In this document: positions 48,804 to 58,697 of the stretch, one piece after another | How the letters are laid out: each line of letters starts with the position of its first letter | How positions within the stretch are numbered: the first letter of the stretch is position 1 | NCBI GenBank assembly: GCA_965656305.1 | Contig: CBFHKA010000041.1 | Span: 41,340 to 105,339, forward strand | Origin: Polaribacter sp. | GTDB taxonomy: Bacteria; Bacteroidota; Bacteroidia; Flavobacteriales; Flavobacteriaceae | Length of the DNA: 64,000 nt | Reading direction: 5' to 3' | The notes under the pieces: model-generated | What the model saw: only the letters and a program-made list of their open reading frames with translations | The model's database searches: none | What the model was told of the DNA's origin: nothing | Position numbers and translations under genes: made by a program

Positions 48804-51371
48804 ATGAAAAATTTTAAAAACCTATTATTTGTAGCTCTCTTTTTTGTAGCTGCAACAGTTTTAGGACAAACCAAAATTACAGGTGTTATTGTTGATGAAA
48901 CAAATCAACCTTTACCTGGAGCAAGTGTTCTTGAAAAAGGAACTACTAATGGTATTTCTTCTGATTTTGATGGTAAATTTACCTTAAATACAAAATCTGA
49001 TTCAGGTACTTTAGTAATATCATTTATTGGTTTTAAAACCAAAGAAGTTATTTTTTCTTCTGCAAAATCTAATATTGGTAATATCCAATTACAAGAAGAT
49101 TCAGTTTTAGATGAAATAATACTTACAGCTACTTCTTTCGCTATTGATAGAAAAACACCAGTTGCAGTTTCTACAGTAAAGGCTGTAGATATCGAAGCTA
49201 AATTAGGAACTCAAGAGTTTCCTGAAATTTTAAAATCAACTCCTGGAGTATACGCAACTAAAACTGGTGGTGGTTATGGAGATTCTAGAATTAACTTACG
49301 TGGTTTTAGTTCTGATAACGTTGCTGTAATGATTAATGGTATTCCTGTTAATGATATGGAAAATGGAGCTGTATATTGGTCTAACTGGGCTGGTTTATCA
49401 GATGTAACTTCTGCAATGCAAGTACAAAGAGGTTTAGGAGCTTCTAAAGTTGCTGTGCCTTCAATTGGTGGTACAATAAACATTATTTCTAAATCAACAG
49501 ATGCAGAAAAAGGAGGTAATTTTAAAATGGCAACAGGAAATGATGGTTACCAAAAATTTGGTATGACTTTGTCTACAGGATTGCTAGAAAATGGGTTTGC
49601 AGTAACTGCTTCTGCAGCTAAAATTTCTGGAGATGGTTATGTAAATGGTTTACAATTTAGTGGTGTAAACTATTTTTTAAATGTTTCTAAAGAAGTAAAC
49701 GATGATCATAAACTGTCTTTTACAGTGATTGGTGCTCAGCAAACACATGGTCAAAGATTTAATACTAGAACCATTGCTCAAAATAGAGCAACTGAGCAAG
49801 GTGGTAAAAGATTCAATCCTGATTGGGGATATAGAAATGGACAAGTAGAAAATATTTCTTATAACTTTTATCATAAACCACAGATATCTTTAAATCATGA
49901 TTGGACAATTTCAGATAAAACTTATATTACTACTTCTGCTTATGTTTCTTTTGGTAGAGGTGGAGGAAGAAGAACTCAAGGTTCTGGTAAATTTACAGAT
50001 AATGATTATAGATTAGGAGATATAGATCAACCTATAGATTTCGACAGAATCGTTGCAGAAAACAAAGCAAATGGAGCATTAGGATCTACAGATGTATTTG
50101 CAGCTTCAGTAAATAATCATAACTGGTATGGTGTTTTATCTACATTAAAAACAGATTTATCCGAAAATTTAAAATTAACTGCTGGATTAGATGGAAGATA
50201 TTATGAAGGAATTCATTTTTATCAGATAACAGATTTATTAGGAGGTCAATATTATTTGAACCCTAACTCTAATGATAATAACTTTAATGAAGCATTAAAG
50301 GTTGGAGATCGTTTTAATAGAGATTATGTAGGTAGAGTATTAAGATATGGAACTTTTGCGCAATTAGAATATTCAAAAGATGATTTATCAGTTTTCTTTT
50401 CTACTAATATTTCAAATACTAGATATGGAAGATCAAGTTTTTTAGATGATTCTACAAATATAAACGGACAAGTATCTGATAACGTAAACTTTTTAGGTTA
50501 TGGTGTTAAAGGTGGTGCAAACTATAATATAGATGATACTAATAATGTTTTCGCTAATATTGGTTATTTCTCTAGAGCACCTTTTTTAACAGGTGGAGTC
50601 TTTGTAAATAAAGAATCTGTTGACTTCAATGAAAATGCTGCTAATGAGAAAATTTTTAGTGCAGAAATAGGTTATGGTTATAGAAGTGAAAATTTTAATG
50701 CAAATGTAAATATTTATAGAACATCTTGGTTAGATAAATCTATATCACCTTCAATTCAAGACCCTAATAATGTTGGTGAATTTTTGAATACAAACATCAC
50801 AGGATTAGATGCATTACATCAAGGAATAGAAATTGATTTTATCTATAAATTAACTGATAAGTTAAGAATAAATGGAATGGTTTCTTTAGGTGACTGGAAA
50901 TGGAATAGTGATGTAAGTGCTGATATACTTGATGACTCAGGTGCATTCGTTAGAAACATTACTGTTAATGCAAAAGGTTTAAAAGTAAATGATGCAGCAC
51001 AAACAACTTACGCATTAGGTTTAAACTATAAAGCTTTAGATAGAACATCTGTATTTTTAGATTATAATTATGCAGGAGATATTTACTCTAGATTTGATTT
51101 TAGTAGAGGTACAACAGACAGATTAAATACTTGGAAAATACCATCATATCATTTATTCGATTTAGGGCTTAACCATGGATTTACAATTGGAGATTTTGAT
51201 GCTATTTTATCAGGTAATATGAATAATATTTTTGATGTTGAATATATATCAGATGCTTTTGATAGTACTGAAGAAACAAGTCCAGGTGTATTTGAACATA
51301 CAGCTACAAATTCTGGAGTATACTATGGAGCTGGTAGAACATTTAGTTTAGGATTAAAAGTTAACTTTTAA
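48804..51371 (+). CDS. TonB-dependent receptor with N-terminal CarboxypepD_reg-like domain
   Basis: Signal peptide, QPLPGASV..GT.NG...DFDGKF, plug NLRGF..NG.PVN..VQRG, C-terminal GRTFSLGLKVNF. Confidence 0.93.
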   Translation: MKNFKNLLFVALFFVAATVLGQTKITGVIVDETNQPLPGASVLEKGTTNGISSDFDGKFTLNTKSDSGTLVISFIGFKTKEVIFSSAKSNIGNIQLQEDSVLDEIILTATSFAIDRKTPVAVSTVKAVDIEAKLGTQEFPEILKSTPGVYATKTGGGYGDSRINLRGFSSDNVAVMINGIPVNDMENGAVYWSNWAGLSDVTSAMQVQRGLGASKVAVPSIGGTINIISKSTDAEKGGNFKMATGNDGYQKFGMTLSTGLLENGFAVTASAAKISGDGYVNGLQFSGVNYFLNVSKEVNDDHKLSFTVIGAQQTHGQRFNTRTIAQNRATEQGGKRFNPDWGYRNGQVENISYNFYHKPQISLNHDWTISDKTYITTSAYVSFGRGGGRRTQGSGKFTDNDYRLGDIDQPIDFDRIVAENKANGALGSTDVFAASVNNHNWYGVLSTLKTDLSENLKLTAGLDGRYYEGIHFYQITDLLGGQYYLNPNSNDNNFNEALKVGDRFNRDYVGRVLRYGTFAQLEYSKDDLSVFFSTNISNTRYGRSSFLDDSTNINGQVSDNVNFLGYGVKGGANYNIDDTNNVFANIGYFSRAPFLTGGVFVNKESVDFNENAANEKIFSAEIGYGYRSENFNANVNIYRTSWLDKSISPSIQDPNNVGEFLNTNITGLDALHQGIEIDFIYKLTDKLRINGMVSLGDWKWNSDVSADILDDSGAFVRNITVNAKGLKVNDAAQTTYALGLNYKALDRTSVFLDYNYAGDIYSRFDFSRGTTDRLNTWKIPSYHLFDLGLNHGFTIGDFDAILSGNMNNIFDVEYISDAFDSTEETSPGVFEHTATNSGVYYGAGRTFSLGLKVNF

Positions 51372-51382
51372 AAAATACAATC

Positions 51383-53017
51383 ATGAAAAAAATATTTTTA
51401 TTATTAACAGTTTTTGCAATGGTTTTCACTTCTTGTGATCCATTGGAAGACATCAATGCAGAAATTGATGCTCAAGAATCTGCAATTGTAGGTGATGCAA
51501 CATACATCTTAACTTCAGATGATTATGATGCTTTAGAATTAAGTTTTGGAAGTTTTAGCTCAGTAGATGATGCTAAAGCTAAATTACCAGATTTCTTAAC
51601 AGAAAAATATCCAGTTTGGGGTAAATCTTCTTCTGTAAATGTTGGTTATCAATTATATATAGGTAATGCAGAGGGTGTAAGTGATTATTCAAGATCAGAC
51701 GCTTATCAGTTTACAAATGGAGATTATGCTACTACAGGTAGTGATGCTTTTGGTTTTTATCCAGATGTTGATCCACTAGAAAAAATACCAAGTATATTAG
51801 ATACTCAAATAGCATCGCCTACAGAAGGTCAAATTGTTTTGGCAAAATACAAGCAATATACTAAAACGCCTGTTGTAGGGTTAGCAGATATCGTTAAGTA
51901 TAACTTTGCAGGAAGTATGGAAGGATGGACGATTACTGATGTGGTTGGAGCTTTAGGATGGACATCTGAATCTGGTTATGTACAAGGTAATGGTTTTTCA
52001 GGAGGACAACAAGCAAATGAAGATTGGTTAATTTCTCCAGAAATTGATTTATCAACATCATCTAACTTAAAGTTTCAAATAACTCATGAATTAGATTATG
52101 CTGGTGATAAAACTTTACTTAAAATCTTAGTTTCTACAGATTATACAAATGACATAACAACAGCTAACTGGACAGAGATTACTTTAGGTACTCCAGTGTC
52201 AGGAAGTATGGCTGCTTCTGAAGATTATGATTTTTCTGCTTATGATGGAGAAAAAATTAATATTGCTTTAAAATATGAATCAACAGATTCTGATGCAGGA
52301 AGATGGAGAGTAGAAAGTTTAGCAATTAAAACATTAGGTGCAACTGGAGAAACAGCTAGTAAAGGTACTCACTTTAAATATTCTGGTAGTGCATGGGAAG
52401 CTGTAGATGATGTGTATTATTTAAGTTCTGCTGATTTTGATTCTATGGGTGAAGCTTCAGGACAACCAGGGAGATATAATAACTTTGGAAGTAGCATACC
52501 TCCAAATGATTATTTACCTAAATTTTTAGGACTCAAATATCCTTATGCACAAGAAGCTACTGAGTTGTTTGTTATTTATGATTATTTTTCAAGTTCATCA
52601 GGAGCACAAGTAAGAGGTAACCTTTTTACTTTTACAGGAGGTGTTTGGGTTGCTTACGAATCTACAATAAGTACAACTTTACAGTTTGGTCATGATGGTA
52701 CATCATGGTTGCCAGATAATACAATTAAGTATACTTTAACTAGAGGAGCAAATAGCGATTACGATTGGATTGCAAGTCAATTAACAACAGATGAATATAG
52801 TGGTTTAATTGGTAATTTATCTAATTATGATGATTTTGATTATAACTGGACAGACGCTCAGATTACTTATTCTTTAGTTTTATTCTTAGATTATTTAGAT
52901 CCAACAGCAGCTGAAGGACAAAAATATACGTTAACTTATGTTGTTTATGATAATGGAGAAGGTGATTACACTAAAAACTTTATCAAAACAAATGGAGAAT
53001 GGGTAATTAATAATTAA
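51383..53017 (+). CDS. Surface lipoprotein with beta-sandwich (choice-of-anchor J/DUF5017-like) domain
   Basis: FTSC lipobox followed by DPLED; EDWLISPEIDLS...ILVSTDY...W motif. Confidence 0.75.
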   Translation: MKKIFLLLTVFAMVFTSCDPLEDINAEIDAQESAIVGDATYILTSDDYDALELSFGSFSSVDDAKAKLPDFLTEKYPVWGKSSSVNVGYQLYIGNAEGVSDYSRSDAYQFTNGDYATTGSDAFGFYPDVDPLEKIPSILDTQIASPTEGQIVLAKYKQYTKTPVVGLADIVKYNFAGSMEGWTITDVVGALGWTSESGYVQGNGFSGGQQANEDWLISPEIDLSTSSNLKFQITHELDYAGDKTLLKILVSTDYTNDITTANWTEITLGTPVSGSMAASEDYDFSAYDGEKINIALKYESTDSDAGRWRVESLAIKTLGATGETASKGTHFKYSGSAWEAVDDVYYLSSADFDSMGEASGQPGRYNNFGSSIPPNDYLPKFLGLKYPYAQEATELFVIYDYFSSSSGAQVRGNLFTFTGGVWVAYESTISTTLQFGHDGTSWLPDNTIKYTLTRGANSDYDWIASQLTTDEYSGLIGNLSNYDDFDYNWTDAQITYSLVLFLDYLDPTAAEGQKYTLTYVVYDNGEGDYTKNFIKTNGEWVINN

Positions 53018-53042
53018 TTATTCAAAAGTTTTTAATTTATAC

Positions 53043-53068
53043 AAAACCACCTCAATAGAGGTGGTTTT
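53043..53068 (+). terminator. Intrinsic terminator
   Basis: aaaaccacctc-aata-gaggtggtttt followed by T tract. Confidence 0.85.
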
Positions 53069-53110
53069 TTTATACATAAAATTGTAACTTTACACTATCA
53101 AAATTTTTTT

Positions 53111-53539
53111 ATGATGATGAAAAATATACATTCTTATTGGGCTTATTTGGCTTTAGCCATTTTAATCTTTGCAGTAGTAAATGCAATTATTGGTTTATTA
53201 CAGAAAAAACAATTTACAGACAAAGATTTACGTATTGGTTTGTTTGCTTTAATAGTATCACATATTCAACTTTTAATTGGTTTAGGTTGGTATTTTATGT
53301 CTCCATGGTATAAAGCTTTAAAAGAAAATGGAAGTGAAATTATGGGAGATAAAGGAGCAAGATTATTAGCAGTAGAACACCCAATTATGATGATTTTAGC
53401 AATTGTTTTAATTACAATAGGTTGGTCTAAGCATAAAAAGAAAACTGAAAGTGGTGCAAAATTTAAAACATTTGCTATTTTTTATGGATTAGCTTTAGTA
53501 TTAATCCTATCAAGAATTCCTTGGAGCAATTGGTTTTAA
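53111..53539 (+). CDS. Conserved four-TM hypothetical membrane protein
   Basis: HSYWAY, HIQLLIG, VEHP, SRIPW with conserved-looking His residues. Confidence 0.8.
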   Translation: MMMKNIHSYWAYLALAILIFAVVNAIIGLLQKKQFTDKDLRIGLFALIVSHIQLLIGLGWYFMSPWYKALKENGSEIMGDKGARLLAVEHPIMMILAIVLITIGWSKHKKKTESGAKFKTFAIFYGLALVLILSRIPWSNWF

Positions 53540-53542
53540 AAG

Positions 53543-54271
53543 ATGAAAATTTTAAGTTATATTTTATCGCCTATTTTTATAGTAACCTTTACTTTATTTT
53601 TGGTGATTTTTCATCCATTTCAATGGTTAAGTTTTAATTTATTTGGAATTAAAGGGCATTCAAAAGTTGTAAATGCATTAAACTTTTGTTTGGTAAAATC
53701 ATTGTTACTTATAGGTGTAACTGTAAGCGTAAAGAATAAACACAAAATCCCAGAAAATACATCAATAATATTTGTATCCAATCATCAATCAATTTCAGAT
53801 ATTCCTCCAATTGGATGGTTTTTTAGAAAATACAATCCGAAGTTTGTTGCTAAAATTGAACTAGGAAAAGGTGCCCCAAGTGTCTCTTATAATTTAAAAA
53901 AAGGGGGTGCAGCTCTTATTGATAGAAAAGACCCAAAACAATCCATAAGTGAGTTGCTCAAATTTGCTAAAAGAATAAACAAAAATAAATGGGGTGCTGT
54001 AATTTTTCCAGAAGGAACAAGAAGTAGAAATGGAAAGCCTAAAAAATTTGCTGCAAGTGGCTTAAAAGTAATTACTAAATTTAATAAAGAAGGCTATATT
54101 GTTCCATTAACTATAAATAACTCTTGGAAAATTTTTAAATACGGAAAATTTCCACTAGGTTTAGGTAGTCCAATAACAATAACTGCTCACAAACCAATAA
54201 AAATTGATTCTATGCCATTTGATGAGCTGCTAGAAAAAACAGAATCAGTTATTAAAGAACATATAAAATAA
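53543..54271 (+). CDS. Lysophospholipid acyltransferase (PlsC family)
   Basis: NHQSISD (HX4D), FPEGTRS. Confidence 0.93.
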   Translation: MKILSYILSPIFIVTFTLFLVIFHPFQWLSFNLFGIKGHSKVVNALNFCLVKSLLLIGVTVSVKNKHKIPENTSIIFVSNHQSISDIPPIGWFFRKYNPKFVAKIELGKGAPSVSYNLKKGGAALIDRKDPKQSISELLKFAKRINKNKWGAVIFPEGTRSRNGKPKKFAASGLKVITKFNKEGYIVPLTINNSWKIFKYGKFPLGLGSPITITAHKPIKIDSMPFDELLEKTESVIKEHIK

Positions 54272-54277
54272 ATAGCG

Positions 54278-55261
54278 ATGTCTATAAAAAACGTAAGAAA
54301 AGAAGTAATGCAAACTTTAGAACAAAAGATGCAGCACTTTATGGATACTTATTTGATACCTGCCGAAAAAATTTGGCAACCAACAGATTTTTTACCTAAT
54401 TCTCAAGCAGATTCTTTTATTACAGAAGTAGAAGAAATTAGAGAAATATCCAAAGAATTACATGATGATTTTTGGGTGGTTTTAGTGGGTGATACTATCA
54501 CAGAAGAAGCTTTACCAACTTACGAATCTTGGTTGTTAGATTTAGATGGTGTTTGCCAAGATCCAGACAATAGCTGGGCAAATTGGGTAAGAACTTGGAC
54601 AGCAGAAGAGAATAGACATGGAGATGTTTTAAATAAATATTTATATCTGTCTGGACGTGTAAATATGCGTGAAGTAGAAATTACTACCCAACATTTAATT
54701 GCAGATGGTTTTGATATTGGTACATCTACAGATCCATATAAAAACTTTGTATATACAAGTTTCCAGGAATTAGCAACGTATATTTCTCACAATAATGTGG
54801 CAAAAATTGCGCGTAAAAAAGGACACAAAGCATTGGCAAAGATGTCTAAAATTATAGCAGGAGATGAAATGCGTCATCACCAAGCGTATGCTCATTTTGT
54901 TAAAGAAATTTTTAAGATTGATGCTAGTGAAATGATGTTGGCTTTTCAGCACATGATGAAACATAAAATTGTAATGCCAGCAATGCATTTAAGAGAATCT
55001 TTTGGAGAAAAAGGAAGTTTATTTGACGATTTTTCTTCAGTAGCTCAAAGAGTTGGTGTGTATACAGGTTTCGATTATGTAGATATTATTAAGAAATTGA
55101 ACACAATGTGGGAAATTGATAAAATTACTAACCTAACTCCTGAAGCTGAAAAAGCTAGAGATTATTTGATGAAACTTCCAGATAGAATGTACAGAATTAC
55201 AGAAAGAATAGTAGTTCCTGATACAAAGTTCGAGTTTAAATGGATGATTCAACCTAGCTAA
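54278..55261 (+). CDS. Soluble acyl-ACP desaturase (diiron)
   Basis: WQPTDFLP, TEEALPTY, WTAEENRHG, SFQELAT..SH, DEMRH. Confidence 0.95.
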   Translation: MSIKNVRKEVMQTLEQKMQHFMDTYLIPAEKIWQPTDFLPNSQADSFITEVEEIREISKELHDDFWVVLVGDTITEEALPTYESWLLDLDGVCQDPDNSWANWVRTWTAEENRHGDVLNKYLYLSGRVNMREVEITTQHLIADGFDIGTSTDPYKNFVYTSFQELATYISHNNVAKIARKKGHKALAKMSKIIAGDEMRHHQAYAHFVKEIFKIDASEMMLAFQHMMKHKIVMPAMHLRESFGEKGSLFDDFSSVAQRVGVYTGFDYVDIIKKLNTMWEIDKITNLTPEAEKARDYLMKLPDRMYRITERIVVPDTKFEFKWMIQPS

Positions 55262-55276
55262 ATAGCTTGTGTTTTA

Positions 55277-55699
55277 ATGATGAAACATCATTTATTTTTT
55301 TGTTTTCTTATTTTAATGTTCACTTCTTGTGCTGTTTCAAAAGTTACAGAAATACAAGTTGTGAAGCTTGTAGAAACATCTAAAAGTTGGAATGGTGATA
55401 ACTTGCCTAATTATCCTACTGGAAAACCAAAAATTACGGTTTTAAAAATTACAATTCCACCAAAAACGAAATTGCATAAACATTATCACCCTGTAATTAA
55501 CTCTGGTATCGTTTTAAAAGGAGAATTGAAGGTAGTAGATATTGACGATAATGTTCTTATTCTAAAGGAAGGAGATGTTATTGTTGAATTGGTCAATAAA
55601 ATCCATTATGGAATTAATGAAGGTAGAAAACCAGTGGAAATAGTTGTTTTTTATTCAGGAACTGAAGATTTACCAATAACAATTTTGGCGAAAGATTAA
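55277..55699 (+). CDS. Cupin domain lipoprotein
   Basis: FTSC lipobox; HYHPVINSGIVLKGEL, HYGINEG. Confidence 0.85.
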   Translation: MMKHHLFFCFLILMFTSCAVSKVTEIQVVKLVETSKSWNGDNLPNYPTGKPKITVLKITIPPKTKLHKHYHPVINSGIVLKGELKVVDIDDNVLILKEGDVIVELVNKIHYGINEGRKPVEIVVFYSGTEDLPITILAKD

Positions 55700-55715
55700 T
55701 TTCAATACAGTTCAT

Positions 55716-56495
55716 TTATTGAATAAAAAAAGAATCCTTATCATTTAAAAAACCCAATTTCTCTCTAATCATATCTTGATTATTTTTTACTAAAGTAGCT
55801 TTCACAATTCCTACAGCATTTCTAGGTAAACTAGCAAGTTCATCACCTAAATAATCAACAATTAAAGAGTTTCCAGAATATTCATACCCATTACCATCTT
55901 TACCTGTTCTATTTACGCCAATTGTATAACACATATTTTCTATTGCACGAGATTTTAAAAGCGTATCCCAAGCTTTTATTCTTTTTATAGGCCAATTTGC
56001 CATATAAATTAAAAGGTCATAATTTTCAGTATTTCTAGCCCAAACTGGGAAACGTAAATCATAACAAATTAAAGGACAAATTTTCCATCCTTTGTAATTA
56101 ACAATTAATTTTTCATTTCCAGAAGTATATACTTTATCTTCTCCAGCTAAAGTAAAAGAATGTCTTTTATCATAAGTTTCTATTTTTCCTGAAGGATGTA
56201 CAAAAACTAACCTATTGTAGTATTTATTATCTTCTTTAATAACAATACTTCCAGTAATCGAAAAATCATTTTTTTGAGCTATTTTTTTCATCCAAGAAAT
56301 AGCATTTCCATCCATAGATTCTGCAACTTTTTGGGGCTGCATTGTAAACCCAGTTGTAAACATTTCTGGCAACACTACTAAGTCAGTTTTTTCTGATAGA
56401 TGATTTATTCGCGCCTCAAAAAAAGCGAGATTTTTTGCAGGATTTTCCCAAACTAAATCTGCTTGAATGCCTATTACACTTATTGAATTTTGCAT
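55716..56495 (-). CDS. Carbon-nitrogen hydrolase (omega-amidase YafV/Nit2-like)
   Basis: LPEMF, YDKRH, ICYDLRFP catalytic E-K-C triad. Confidence 0.93.
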   Translation of the reverse strand: MQNSISVIGIQADLVWENPAKNLAFFEARINHLSEKTDLVVLPEMFTTGFTMQPQKVAESMDGNAISWMKKIAQKNDFSITGSIVIKEDNKYYNRLVFVHPSGKIETYDKRHSFTLAGEDKVYTSGNEKLIVNYKGWKICPLICYDLRFPVWARNTENYDLLIYMANWPIKRIKAWDTLLKSRAIENMCYTIGVNRTGKDGNGYEYSGNSLIVDYLGDELASLPRNAVGIVKATLVKNNQDMIREKLGFLNDKDSFFIQ

Positions 56496-56546
56496 AACAT
56501 AAATTTACATATATTATGTTATAAAGGTAATACTTGTAAAATAAAT

Positions 56547-57593
56547 TTATGGATTATAAATTTCTGTATCGTAAAAAGCAGGTATAGCAAACCAAAAAGC
56601 CATAAAAGATTCAGAAGATGTTAAGCGCTCTCCTATTCTTGGTCCAGTAATTGCTTCACCAAAAATATTCCATGTGTTACCCTCGTTATCTATTAATAAA
56701 GACTCTGTATTATTATAGCCATACTCAAAAGTTAGTGCATTGGTAGTATCATCTAAAAGAAATGAAACTATAAAATCATTGTTTCCTACTACCAGATATT
56801 CATCGCCTTCAAAAGAATCTCTAATAACATTGTTAGTAGCAAATACAGAAAATTGATAAGTTTTGGCTTTAGCACCTTTTATAATTGCATGAATTCTTTC
56901 TTTAAGTGGCAATCTATTATCTTTTGCTACAGGAAATAAAAATAAATCGTTATTTGTATTATAATCTCCATAAGGCGAAACTCCATAAGTTCTAGGAAAG
57001 CCTGTATTTCTACTTACTACTTTTGTATTTGGGTATATGGTTTTCCAAGTTTTCCAAGAAGTTTCAAACAGAGGTACTAAATCAATTTTTGTATCAATTA
57101 ATTCTCCATTAACAGATGTATTTAAAATTTGAGACCAATTACTGTTTGTTTGTCTATCAAAAGGAATTAAATTGGTGTTGTATAACAAACCAGAAACGCC
57201 AAAAGTAGTTTCACTTCCATTTAAAATTCTATTCCAACCTATTCCTGTACCTGTAAGTGGGCAATAAGTAATTGCCACAGAAACATCGCCTATATTATCA
57301 TTAATAATTTCGTGCCAATCTAATATACTATGAGAATATGCTCTAATATCATCTCCATTTTTATAACCAATAACTAAATCTGTATCTTTTATAAAACTGG
57401 CTTCAGAATCATCAGCACTAACTAGATTTGGGTTAGTTAGAGCAGGAATACCATCTAGACCAGGTCCGCCATCAAAAATTTCAGATATTGGAATACTCCA
57501 TTCAGATGAAAAATTATTTTCATTTGTATTGTTGTCATTATTTTGACAAGAAACGAGTATGCCTAAGATGAATAATAGTGCAAGTTTTTTCAT
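56547..57593 (-). CDS. DUF3179 domain lipoprotein
   Basis: LVSC lipobox; GGPGLDGIPAL, WHEIIND, TYCPLTG, GVSGLLY, FWFA. Confidence 0.88.
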   Translation of the reverse strand: MKKLALLFILGILVSCQNNDNNTNENNFSSEWSIPISEIFDGGPGLDGIPALTNPNLVSADDSEASFIKDTDLVIGYKNGDDIRAYSHSILDWHEIINDNIGDVSVAITYCPLTGTGIGWNRILNGSETTFGVSGLLYNTNLIPFDRQTNSNWSQILNTSVNGELIDTKIDLVPLFETSWKTWKTIYPNTKVVSRNTGFPRTYGVSPYGDYNTNNDLFLFPVAKDNRLPLKERIHAIIKGAKAKTYQFSVFATNNVIRDSFEGDEYLVVGNNDFIVSFLLDDTTNALTFEYGYNNTESLLIDNEGNTWNIFGEAITGPRIGERLTSSESFMAFWFAIPAFYDTEIYNP

Positions 57594-58567
57594 TTTATGT
57601 TTGTTATTAAAGATTGTTTTTTAAAGAATTTGTAAGTAAAACCAGTAGTGAATCTAGAAGTTGGTGTAAGTTGTGTGCCATCTACATAACTGTATAGAGG
57701 TACTTCATATTTATTGGTAAAACTTAAATTTTGAGATAATTGTATGGTTAATTCAGCTCTAGCAAAAAGCCATTCACCTCCTGTATTTGGAATAATCGAA
57801 TTATCAATTTTATCTACTGTAGATTTTCTATATTTAACAACTAAACCTGGGTTTATAAGAGTTTTAGATACTAAAAATTCATCTACATAACTAATATTGG
57901 CTTGTAATACATTACCAAATTTATAGGTAGATGTATTGTTTAAATACGAACTATTTACACCTGTAAACCTGTAAGTTAAATTACTAGAAAAAGTAGCTGT
58001 AGGTCTAAAATTAAATTGTTTTGCTAAGGATAACCATCCAATACCATCAAAAGCACCACTTCCAGGTTGTAAATCTGCAGTTAACTGAATGCCTTGGTTA
58101 GAAACAATATCTGATTTGCCTAATGGTATTTTAGAGCCTATACCAATGTTTAAAGTGGTGTTGTTTTTAAAAACGTTTGGGAACGTATATTTTAATAAAA
58201 TTACAGCATCTCCAATTCCTTTGGTTTCAGTAAAATTTTCATTACCAAATTGAGTGATTGTTCTTGTTTGATTTACCCAAGTAAATAAGGTTTCTACAGA
58301 AAATTTATCTGTAAATGAATACCCAAAATTTGCTAAAATAGAATTAGTAATGCGTTGTCTAGAATTATCATTTAATCTATCATTACCAGCATTTAAGGTG
58401 TTTAAATTATTGTAATCATAATTAATACCTACCTGAAAGGATCCTTTTCCTTCATTGGAAAGTCCTAAGTTGTTAGATAAGGGCACCCCTCCAGAACAAC
58501 AGGTTTGTGCATAAACATATTGCCCAAAAAGTAAGACTAATAATATTATTAAAGTAGTAAACTTCAT
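57590..58567 (-). CDS. Outer-membrane beta-barrel protein with N-terminal CC motif
   Basis: Signal peptide then QTCCSGG; GIGDA, LQPGSGAFD; overlaps the DUF3179 start by 4 nt; ATG 58567 preferred. Confidence 0.78.
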   Translation of the reverse strand: MKFTTLIILLVLLFGQYVYAQTCCSGGVPLSNNLGLSNEGKGSFQVGINYDYNNLNTLNAGNDRLNDNSRQRITNSILANFGYSFTDKFSVETLFTWVNQTRTITQFGNENFTETKGIGDAVILLKYTFPNVFKNNTTLNIGIGSKIPLGKSDIVSNQGIQLTADLQPGSGAFDGIGWLSLAKQFNFRPTATFSSNLTYRFTGVNSSYLNNTSTYKFGNVLQANISYVDEFLVSKTLINPGLVVKYRKSTVDKIDNSIIPNTGGEWLFARAELTIQLSQNLSFTNKYEVPLYSYVDGTQLTPTSRFTTGFTYKFFKKQSLITNIK

Positions 58568-58584
58568 GGAAAAATTTTCCAATC

Positions 58585-58611
58585 AGTCAAAATAATTTCT
58601 AAAAACTTACA
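58585..58611 (-). promoter_or_regulatory. Putative ECF-sigma promoter TGTAAG-N16-TGACT
   Basis: Minus strand tgtaag tttttagaaattattt tgact, 17 nt before ATG 58567. Confidence 0.45.
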
Positions 58612-58697
58612 ATTTGTTTTTAATTTTATTCTAAAAATAAAGGTTTCTTAAACTTTAGATTTTGTAATTTAGAATTTCATAGCAAGCCACTAATTTG

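Noticed and set aside
56547-57593. Selenocysteine recoding in DUF3179
   Set aside because: The candidate site is a normal Cys and the ORF has no in-frame TGA
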